From an uncultured Clostridiaceae bacterium (GTDB taxonomy: Bacteria; Bacillota; Clostridia; TANB77; CAG-508), in the NCBI GenBank assembly GCA_948444845.1, contig CAOJVB010000003.1, forward strand, positions 12,723 through 76,722: 64,000 nucleotides of DNA. Direction: 5' to 3'. Of the stretch, positions 44,164 through 53,225 are shown piece after piece. The translations under genes were made by a program, and so were the position numbers. The notes beneath the pieces were generated by a model that ran no database searches, had not been told where the DNA came from, and saw only the letters and a list, made by a program, of their open reading frames with translations. How positions within the stretch are numbered: the first letter of the stretch is position 1; the number at the start of each line of letters is the position of its first letter.

Positions 44164-44190
44164 AAAAAACCGAGCAATTCTCGGTTTTTT
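44164..44190. terminator. bidirectional intrinsic terminator between the dockerin pseudogene and mecA
   Basis: AAAAAA-CCGAG-caatt-CTCGG-TTTTTT between convergent stops. Confidence 0.85.
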
Positions 44191-44193
44191 AGT

Positions 44194-44814
44194 TTATCCA
44201 AAATGCTGGATAGCTGTTTTAATAGCATTATTTTTCATAATTAATGTACCATTTTCCGCTAACTTTCGTTTTACTAAATCACTATTACTTATATATGTTG
44301 CAAATTCTGTAATATAACTAAATATTTTCTTTAAATCATTATAGTATAAATTGATATTAGAAAATGATAAATAAAATTTGTTTTTATATTCATATAAAGA
44401 AATATTTTTAGCAATATTAAAAATTTTAACAAAATTTTTATTCAAAAATGAGCAAAATTCACAAAAATCATCAAAACATTCAAAACAATATAATGCATCT
44501 GTGTTTTTTAAATTATTATTTTTCCTTTTAATATGTAACCTTTTCTTTTCTAAATATTTTTTTGTTTCTGGAACACTTCTAGTTATAATTAAAATAAAGT
44601 CTCCATTAGAAACTTGCAAAGCTTCAATTTTAATTTGATAGTTCTTAGTAATAAAGCCAATTTCCTTCTCAGCAATATCTAACATATCTAAAAATAAATC
44701 TTGAGATTCAATTGGGTTTGCCATAAAAGAATGAAAATCAATATTTTTCTTTTTTAAGTCCTGATTTGTAAGAGTAACTCTAATTTTATTTTCATTAAGT
44801 TTTTCAAAACGCAT
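44194..44814 (-). CDS. mecA: adaptor protein MecA
   Basis: MRFEKLNENKIRVTLTNQDLKKKNIDFHSFMANPIESQDLFLDMLDIAEKEIGF.. is a typical MecA N-terminal domain. Length 206 aa. Confidence 0.75.
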   Translation of the reverse strand: MRFEKLNENKIRVTLTNQDLKKKNIDFHSFMANPIESQDLFLDMLDIAEKEIGFITKNYQIKIEALQVSNGDFILIITRSVPETKKYLEKKRLHIKRKNNNLKNTDALYCFECFDDFCEFCSFLNKNFVKIFNIAKNISLYEYKNKFYLSFSNINLYYNDLKKIFSYITEFATYISNSDLVKRKLAENGTLIMKNNAIKTAIQHFG

Positions 44815-45080
44815 ATTTGTAAATCCTCCTAATACTATATATAATTTAATTATAACATGTATAATAAAAAAAATAAACGAACAATATTTGGTAAAATATC
44901 TATTTTATAATATGTAGAATAATAAAATAAGTACCAATCAATATAACATATTGATATAAAAAATAAAAGATATTTTGGAAAATTTTTCTAGATATTTACT
45001 TGAAAAAAAATGTAAATGCATATATAATTAGAAAAACAAAAGATAAAAGAATTACATACAAAGAAAGGTAGGAGTAAAAA

Positions 45081-45338
45081 ATGGCTACAAGAGACAAAAA
45101 TGTATGGATATTATTATTATTTATATTATCAGGACTAGTAATAGGAGGTTTATTGGGGGAACTTGCTGGACAAGTTGACTTTTTATGGTGGTTATCATAT
45201 GGGCAAAGTTTTGGTTTAACATCACCAGTAGAACTAAACTTAAGCATTGTACAGATAACATTTGCATTGATGCTTAAAATAAACATTGCAAGTATAATTG
45301 GATTAATAATAGCAATATTAGTATACAGAAAAGTTTAG
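45081..45338 (+). CDS. DUF4321 family small membrane protein
   Basis: 85 aa, ..LLLFILSGLVIGGLLGELAG..LSYGQSFGL.SPVELNLSIVQITFAL.LKINIASIIGLIIAILVYRK. Sits upstream of radC-mreB, the position I recall for this family in Clostridia. Confidence 0.65.
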   Translation: MATRDKNVWILLLFILSGLVIGGLLGELAGQVDFLWWLSYGQSFGLTSPVELNLSIVQITFALMLKINIASIIGLIIAILVYRKV

Positions 45339-45380
45339 AATAAAAAATATATAAAAAAGGGGCTTAGGAAAGGAAAATAA

Positions 45381-46079
45381 ATGTCAATAAGCTTAAAAGA
45401 CTTACCATTATCAGAAAGGCCATATGAAAAGCTAGAAATGTATGGTGAAAGTACTTTATCTAACTCTGAACTATTAGCAATAATTATAAAAACAGGAACT
45501 AAGGAAGAAACAGCATTACAACTGGCACAAAAAGTAATGTTATTAAATAACGAAACTAATAACCTAAGGTTTTTAGCAGGAATTTCAATAGAAGAACTAA
45601 CAAAAATAAAGGGAATAGGAAAAGTAAAAGCAATACAGTTAAAAGCAGTTTGCGAAATCGCAAAAAGAATGGGAAGACCAATAAACACTAAAAAAATAGT
45701 TATAAAAAAGCCACAAGATGTAGCAAATTTGCTAATAGAGGAATTAAAATACGAAAAAAGAGAAATATTAAAAGTAATAATGCTAAATACTAAAAATGAA
45801 ATACAAAAGATAATAGATATTGCAATAGGTGGAACATCTTCAATAAATATAGAAGCAAAAGATGTATTAAAAGAAGCCGTAAAAATGGAAGTGCCTAAAA
45901 TAATAATGGTACATAACCATCCAAGTGGCAATGCAACTCCAAGTAGTACCGACATAGAATTTACACAAACAGTAAAGCAAAGCGCCAAACTATTAGGTCT
46001 GCAACTGTTAGATCATATTGTAATAGGAGATGGAACATATGAAAGTATATTAGCAAAGAAGACAAAAGATAAAAGATAA
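45381..46079 (+). CDS. radC: RadC-like JAB domain protein
   Basis: LKDLPLSERPYEKLEMYGESTLSNSELLAIIIKTGTKEETALQLAQ, HhH IKGIGKVKAIQLKA and JAB motif HNHPSGNATPSSTD. Confidence 0.88.
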   Translation: MSISLKDLPLSERPYEKLEMYGESTLSNSELLAIIIKTGTKEETALQLAQKVMLLNNETNNLRFLAGISIEELTKIKGIGKVKAIQLKAVCEIAKRMGRPINTKKIVIKKPQDVANLLIEELKYEKREILKVIMLNTKNEIQKIIDIAIGGTSSINIEAKDVLKEAVKMEVPKIIMVHNHPSGNATPSSTDIEFTQTVKQSAKLLGLQLLDHIVIGDGTYESILAKKTKDKR

Positions 46080-46119
46080 AAGGAATAAAGAGGGATAGAT
46101 ATAAAAAGTAAAAAAACAT

Positions 46120-46312
46120 ATCTGCCCTTTTGTCATAGTATAGAATAAATCAATTAAAAAGCATACAGACACTGTTTGAGGAAATATCTCTTTGGCAATG
46201 GTACCACTTAGCCCTTTGTTCTATACTAGGAAAGTACTGTATTTTAAGTTAAAATGTAGGAGCGGCTATTAACCCGTCAGTATGGCGAAGCCACTTTTGC
46301 TCTATACAATAG
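46120..46312 (+). repeat. T-element array (3' fragment + subtype B unit + full unit)
   Basis: ..GCCCTTTTGTCATAGTATAG / ..ACTGTTTGAGGAAATATCTCTTTGGCAATGGTACCACTTAGCCCTTTGTTCTATACTAG / GAAAGTACTGTATTTTAAGTTAAAATGTAGGAGCGGCTATTAACCCGTCAGTATGGCGAAGCCACTTTTGCTCTATAC. Confidence 0.8.
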
Positions 46313-46328
46313 AAACTTAAACAGATAA

Positions 46329-47379
<1,051 letters not shown>

Positions 47380-47433
47380 AAAGAAAAAAGAATACAAAAT
47401 AATATTATAAAAAAATACCAAAAAATCAAAAGG

Positions 47434-47482
47434 AATTGTAGGGGCGAGCAGTGCTCGTCAGTGCTTCGAAGAAATGGCTTTA
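47434..47482 (+). repeat. T-element, core only
   Basis: AATTGTAGGGGCGAGCAGTGCTCGTCAGTGCTTCGAAGAAATGGCTTTA, located between mreB and mreC. Confidence 0.7.
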
Positions 47483-47530
47483 ATAAATAATGAATAATAA
47501 AAAACTCTTCGAGTTTTAGGAGGATAGATT

Positions 47531-48346
47531 ATGTATAACAAAAAGAAAAAGCAAATAATTGGAATATCAATATCAATAATTATACTTATAATCATAGTAA
47601 TAATGTCAAATATAAAAATAGATAATCTATCATATGCACAAGGTATTACAAACTTTTTTGTAATGCCAATTCAAAATGGTCTAACTTATTTAAAAAATTG
47701 GATATCAGGGAATAATCAATTTTTTACAGATGTAAGCAATTTGAAATTGGAAAATGAAAAACTAAAAGAGGAAAATAGTAACTTACAAAAATCTTTAAGG
47801 GAATATGAAATTATAAAATCGGAAAATGAAACATTAAAAGAGTATGTTAACTTAAAAGACAAATATACTGAATATCAAACAATACCAGCATATGTAATAA
47901 ATAAAGATATAAGTAATTATAGTAATGTAATAGTAATAAATGTAGGAACAAACGATGGAGTAGATGTAAATATGCCAGTAATATCAGACAAAGGACTAGT
48001 AGGTCATATAATATCAGCAACACCTACAACTGCAAAGGTTCAAACAATAATAGACACAGCAAGTAATGTAAGTTGTACACTAACATCTTCAAGAGATACC
48101 TTAATAGCAAAAGGTACATTAGAAGGTAACTCTAACCTAAAAGCCACATATATAGCACCAGAAGCAACTATAATGCAAGGAAACACAATAGAAACATCAG
48201 GTTTAGGAGGAATATACCCAAAAGGAATATTAGTAGGAACAATAAATAAGGTAGTAACCACAAAAAATATAACAGACAGATATGCCCTAATAGACACAGC
48301 AGTAAACTTTAGCAAATTAGAAACAGTATTAGTAATTACAAAATAG
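47531..48346 (+). CDS. mreC: rod-shape protein MreC
   Basis: N-terminal TM, a coiled coil (LKLENEKLKEENSNLQKSLREYE), then VINVGTNDGVDVNMPVISDKGLVGHI and SGLGGIYPKGILVG motifs. Confidence 0.82.
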   Translation: MYNKKKKQIIGISISIIILIIIVIMSNIKIDNLSYAQGITNFFVMPIQNGLTYLKNWISGNNQFFTDVSNLKLENEKLKEENSNLQKSLREYEIIKSENETLKEYVNLKDKYTEYQTIPAYVINKDISNYSNVIVINVGTNDGVDVNMPVISDKGLVGHIISATPTTAKVQTIIDTASNVSCTLTSSRDTLIAKGTLEGNSNLKATYIAPEATIMQGNTIETSGLGGIYPKGILVGTINKVVTTKNITDRYALIDTAVNFSKLETVLVITK

Positions 48347-48387
48347 TTAATGCTGTCAACTTAAAGGATAGTAGTTGAAAATAAAGA

Positions 48388-48535
48388 CATGGAGGGGCTG
48401 CTATTAACCAGTCAGTGCAGCGAAGCCACTTTTGTTCTAATATAGGAAAAATAAATTTCTGATTGTAGGAGTGCCGTTTGTGGTAATACCTCGTGGGACA
48501 AGACTTAAGTTGTGCCCTTTTGTTCAAAGAACAGA
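48388..48535 (+). repeat. T-element array (one unit + one subtype B unit)
   Basis: ATGGAGGGGCTGCTATTAACCAGTCAGTGCAGCGAAGCCACTTTTGTTCTAATATAGG and GATTGTAGGAGTGCCGTTTGTGGTAATACCTCGTGGGACAAGACTTAAGTTGTGCCCTTTTGTTCAAAG, located between mreC and mreD. Confidence 0.8.
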
Positions 48536-48597
48536 TGGACACTAGAAGCAAACTCTGAATATATACAAAGCATGAACAAAAAAGAAAGGAAAAAATA

Positions 48598-49131
48598 GTG
48601 AAAAAATTAATAGTAGTAATAGGAATATTCATAACATTTTTAATTACATATTTTCTACAGTCAAACTTTTTTAGTTGGTTTACAATTGCTGGAATAAAGC
48701 CAAACTTATTTGTAATGCTAACACTATTTATTACACTATTTGCAGGAATAAAATTAGGAATATGTTACAGTTTATTTTTTGGTATATTCTTAGACATAGT
48801 AATAGGAAAAAACATAGGAATATATTTAACTATGTTATTACTTGTTTCAATACTAGGAGGGTACTTTGATAAGAACTTTTCAAAAGATAGTAGAATAACA
48901 ATAATGCTTATGGTATTAGCAAGTACATTATTATTTGAAATAGGAAGTTATATATTAAGTATAATAATGCAAAATATAAATGTTCAAATATTAGAATTTG
49001 TAAAAATATTATTTATAGAAATAATATTTAATACAATAATTACAGTAATAATATATCCAATAATAATACAAGTAGGATATAAAATAGAAGATATATTTAA
49101 AGGGCAAAAAATATTAACAAAATATTTTTAA
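48598..49131 (+). CDS. mreD: rod-shape protein MreD
   Basis: GTG start. A 177-aa polytopic membrane protein directly after mreC. The call rests on position and topology. Confidence 0.65.
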   Translation: MKKLIVVIGIFITFLITYFLQSNFFSWFTIAGIKPNLFVMLTLFITLFAGIKLGICYSLFFGIFLDIVIGKNIGIYLTMLLLVSILGGYFDKNFSKDSRITIMLMVLASTLLFEIGSYILSIIMQNINVQILEFVKILFIEIIFNTIITVIIYPIIIQVGYKIEDIFKGQKILTKYF

Positions 49132-49167
49132 ATGTGTACACAAATAATTTAAAAAGGAGGTAAATAG

Positions 49168-51274
49168 TTGAACAGAATAAGAAGTAAACAAGAAAAATTG
49201 AGATATAATATTGTAACAACATTTGTATATATAGTAGGAATAATACTAATTAGTCAACTTTTTAACCTTCAAATTGTAAAAGGAAAGGAATATAGGCAGC
49301 AATCTAATACACGTTTATCTAGAGAAAGTGTACTTAATGCAGCTAGAGGGGATATATTAGACCAAACAGGAAATAAACTTGCAACAACTAAACTAGGAAA
49401 TGTATTAAATTTATATAAAACAAAAATAGATGATGAAACATTAAACACATCATTGTTAAAAATAGTAAATATATTAGAGCAAAATGGAGATACATATATA
49501 GATAATTTACCAATAAAATTACAACCAATAGAATTTACTATAAATGATGAAGAAGAACAAAGAAAATGGAAAAAGCAAAATAATATAGAAGAAAATAAAA
49601 CCGCAGTAGAATGTTTTGAATTACTAAAAACTAAATACAAAATAACTCAAAGCGATGAAGTAGAAGCTAGAAAAATAATGACACTAAGATATAAAATAGC
49701 AAAAGAAGGATATAGTAACACAAAAACAGTAGAACTTGCAAGTAATGTATCAGAAAAGTCAGTAGCAGTATTTAATGAAAGAAATGATGAATTTCCAGGA
49801 CTAACAATTAGTGTGACACCTATAAGAAATTATTCCTTAGGGAGTGTAGCATCACATATTTTAGGATATGTAAGTAGAATAGATGAAAACGAACTTAAAC
49901 AAAATAAAGGGTACTTATTAAATGATAGAATAGGAAAAACAGGAATAGAATATATTTTCGAACCATATCTAAAAGGCAAAAATGGAATAAAGCAAATAGA
50001 TATGGCAGTAGATGGAAGTATTACAGGAGAAGCAGTAGTAGAAGAAGCAATTTCAGGAAGTGATGTAGTATTAACAATAGATGGTAATCTTCAAAAAGTA
50101 ACAGAAGATGCATTAAAGAATAATATTGAAAAAATAAGAGCAGGTGGATATGGGAAAGCTTATGAAGCAAATGCAGCATCAGCAGTAGTAATGAATGTAA
50201 AAACAGGTGAAGTGCTATCAATGGCAAGTTTTCCAAACTTTGAACCTCAACTATTTGTAGATGGAATAAGCCAAGAAAAATATAATGAATATACTTCAAA
50301 AGAGGCAAATTCACCATTTTTAAATAGAAGTATTTCATCAGTATATGCACCAGGCTCAACTTTTAAAATGGTAACAGCCCTAGCAGCATTAGAAACAGGA
50401 GCAATAACAATTAATGAAAAAATAAATGATGTAGGAATATATAACTATTCAGCAGACTATAAGCCAAAATGTTGGATATATAGTTCTTATGGTAGAGGAC
50501 ATGGATATTTAAATGTAACAGATGCAATAAAACATTCATGCAATTATTTTTTCTATGAAATGGGAGAAAGAATAGGGATAGACACATTATCAAAGTATAC
50601 AAGAACATTAGGACTAGGAAACAAAACAGGAATAGAACTATTAGGAGAGGTACAAGGAACAGTATCTAGTAAAGAAACATCAAAGGAAAAAAATGAAACC
50701 TTTACACGGAGGAAATACTCTGCAAGCAGCAATAGGTCAGCATGATAACAGTTTTACACCGATACAAATGGCAAAATATATTAGTATTTTGGCAAATGGT
50801 GGAAGTAATATAGATGTAACAATAATAAAAGGAATAATAGATTCAAATGGAAACAATATACCAAAGGAAGAAATAAACGAATTTGTAAAAGAGCGCTTGG
50901 GAATAAATAAAGGACCTTTAAACCAATTAACCTTTAATAAACAAAATCTAAATGCTATACTAGAAGGAATGAGAGGAGTTACAAGTGAATCGGGAGGAAC
51001 AGCATATTCATACTTCAAAGACTTCAATATAGAAATAGGAGGAAAAACAGGTTCTGCCCAAACGGGAATTGCAGGAAAGACAAATGCATGGTTTGTAGGG
51101 TTTGCACCATTCGATAATCCAGAAATAGCAGTAGTAGTAATGACAGAAAATGGAGGAAGCGGTAGTTATAACTGTGAAGTAGCACGAAATATAATAGCAG
51201 AATACTTCGGAATGAATGCAACAAAAGTAACAGAAGATATGAGTGCAAAACCAAGCATACAAATACAAAATTAG
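49168..51274 (+). pseudogene. mrdA: penicillin-binding protein 2 (elongation transpeptidase, MrdA-like), frameshifted in an A7 run (50687-50693)
   Basis: TTG start after AAAGGAGG. ORF 49168..50745 carries the PBP dimerisation domain and SxxK (PGSTFKMVTALAALE). ORF 50693..51274 continues in the +1 frame with GGNTLQAAIGQHDNSFTPIQMAKYI and KTGSAQ (KTG motif). Reading A6 instead of A7 joins ..SKEK-MKPLHGGNT.. Confidence 0.8.
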
Positions 51275-51318
51275 AAGTTATTGAAATAGCGCATGGCAAA
51301 GCCACTTTTGTTCACAAA
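51274..51318 (+). repeat. T-element, 3' half-unit
   Basis: GAAATAGCGCATGGCAAAGCCACTTTTGTTCACAAACC, located between mrdA and minC. Confidence 0.6.
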
Positions 51319-51341
51319 CCAAAAAAGAAAGGAGACCTCAA

Positions 51342-51962
51342 ATGATAACATCAGACATATCAGTAAATCTAAAAAAAGACAAAATTGTTATAAAAATAAA
51401 AGACAAAATTACACAAGAAGAAATAATAAAAGAATTAAAGAAAAAGTTGCCCGAATTAAAAAAGTTATATAAAGAAGAAAAAACGCCAATAGAAATACAA
51501 GGAAAGGTATTAAAAAGTAAAGAAATGGACGAAATACAAGAAATAATAAAAGAGCAAATAGATGTAAATATAGAATTTGAAACACCAAAAACATTAGGTC
51601 TTCATAGCATAAAAAAAACATTCAATAAAGAAATAGAAGACTCAAAAACTAAATTTTATAGGACCTCAGTGCGTTCAGGCCAAAAAGTAGAATATGAAGG
51701 AAGTATAGTAATACTAGGTGATGTAAATGCGGGGGCAGAAGTAATAGCAGAAGAAAATATAGTAATATTAGGAAACTTAAGAGGACTAGCTCATGCAGGA
51801 GCAAAAGGAAATAAAAAAGCAATAATAGCTGCAAACATGATAGTAAGTCCACAACTACGTATAGCAAATATCATAAAAGAAAACAAAATAAATGATTACA
51901 CCGACCAAGAAATAAAAAATTATGCATATGTAGATGAAAATGATACGATAATATTAGAATGA
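51342..51962 (+). CDS. minC: septum site-determining protein MinC
   Basis: C-terminal beta-helix motif VRSGQKVEYEGSIVILGDVNAGAEVIAEENIVILGNLRGLAHAGAKGNKKAIIAA. TGA stop. Confidence 0.8.
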   Translation: MITSDISVNLKKDKIVIKIKDKITQEEIIKELKKKLPELKKLYKEEKTPIEIQGKVLKSKEMDEIQEIIKEQIDVNIEFETPKTLGLHSIKKTFNKEIEDSKTKFYRTSVRSGQKVEYEGSIVILGDVNAGAEVIAEENIVILGNLRGLAHAGAKGNKKAIIAANMIVSPQLRIANIIKENKINDYTDQEIKNYAYVDENDTIILE

Positions 51963-51965
51963 GTT

Positions 51966-52024
51966 ATTGGGGACCGTTTCCTTTTGTGTCATTAAAAAAT
52001 GACGCAAAAGGAAACGGCCCCAAT
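51966..52024. repeat. P-element hairpin filling the minC / convergent-gene gap
   Basis: ATTGGGGACCGTTTCCTTTTGTGTCATT-AAAA-AATGACGCAAAAGGAAACGGCCCCAAT. Arms of about 27 bp with one bulge and one G-U. Shares AAAAGGAAACG(G/T)CCCCAATG with the 632 and 8086 copies. Confidence 0.8.
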
Positions 52025-52027
52025 GAC

Positions 52028-52501
52028 TCAATTAAAAAGTAGCATAATTAAAACAATATATAAATAATTATCTTTAACATCCTCAGTATTTAAAAACAAA
52101 AGCAAGGCCAAAATTAATATATCATCAAAATATAAATCTATTCCAAAAATACTAAAAAATGGGGAATATTCATCTTCAATATGTTTAGTTCTGTCTGAGT
52201 CATTAGGAAAATAGTTTTTGGAATATTCATTATTATTAGTTTCACTATTAAAATTAAATTTATTTGGTATTTTATTGTTCTTCTCTATAGAGTTATTCTT
52301 AAAAGAAGAACCAGCTGGAACATTATCATTTCTATTATTAAATATAGAAGAATTATTTATAGGAGACTTTGGTGTTTGTGTTCCCATAGAATTAGAAAAC
52401 TTATTCTTATCAAATTCCTTAGGGACATAGGTATTATAAGCGTTACTATACCTTCTTTTATAATAAGGGTTAAAACCAAAAAAAGGTGGAAACATCATCA
52501 T
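52028..52501 (-). CDS. hypothetical protein, Asn-rich with a C-terminal hydrophobic segment
   Basis: 157-aa ORF coupled (ATGA overlap) to the upstream minus-strand ORF. The C-terminus is ..FGIDLYFDDILILALLLFLNTEDVKDNYLYIVLIMLL. Confidence 0.5.
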   Translation of the reverse strand: MMMFPPFFGFNPYYKRRYSNAYNTYVPKEFDKNKFSNSMGTQTPKSPINNSSIFNNRNDNVPAGSSFKNNSIEKNNKIPNKFNFNSETNNNEYSKNYFPNDSDRTKHIEDEYSPFFSIFGIDLYFDDILILALLLFLNTEDVKDNYLYIVLIMLLFN

Positions 52502-52875
52502 TTTATATTTTCACCACCCATAGTATTAAAAGTATCTAACATAGAAGCTAAGTTCATAAACTTCATATATTGATCTAACTTTTCCTTTCTAGAAGGCTTT
52601 AAATATGGTTTTAACGATAAGAGCAAATTAGACCTAGGGTCATCTTTTTTTGAATTAAATGCTCCCATAATATTTTTCATTTTCATAATAGTTTCCATAT
52701 CTATATTAGAAAAATCAAAATTATTATTAGAAGTATTGTCAGTAGTATTATTACTACTATTATTGTTACTATTATTAAAGTTTGAAGCAAAATTAGAAAT
52801 TACATTATTAAAATCCCCAGAAGAATTTGAATTTCCAAGCATGCTAGAAAGATTTTTAAACATTTCATCATTCAT
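52498..52875 (-). CDS. hypothetical protein, Asn/Ser-rich centre, conserved-looking C-terminus
   Basis: 125 aa. SD AGGTGA on the minus strand. The C-terminal DPRSNLLLSLKPYLKPSRKEKLDQYMKFMNLASML resembles a small protein family I recall from clostridia, with no assigned function. Confidence 0.5.
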   Translation of the reverse strand: MNDEMFKNLSSMLGNSNSSGDFNNVISNFASNFNNSNNNSSNNTTDNTSNNNFDFSNIDMETIMKMKNIMGAFNSKKDDPRSNLLLSLKPYLKPSRKEKLDQYMKFMNLASMLDTFNTMGGENIK

Positions 52876-53225
52876 AAAATCACCTCAATACTTAATATAT
52901 ATTTAATAATATTCAACAATATATAAATGTGTTACAAAAAAATGTAAAAATGTAACAAAAATTTAATATAAAATCGTCAAAATAATGTTCCGTAATAGTA
53001 AGAAGAAAAGTTTTGAGATATAAACATATTTTAACATTGAAAAATACATAAAAATATGTAAAAATATAGTAAAAAATATAATATGTCGTAATTGTATTTA
53101 AAAATAATTATAAAAACACTATAAATATACATAAAAAGTTTGAAAAATGCCGATGAAGTGTTGAAAAATAATGAAAAATAAGGTATAATAAAGTATGAGC
53201 GAATTATAGATAGGAGGATTTTTTT

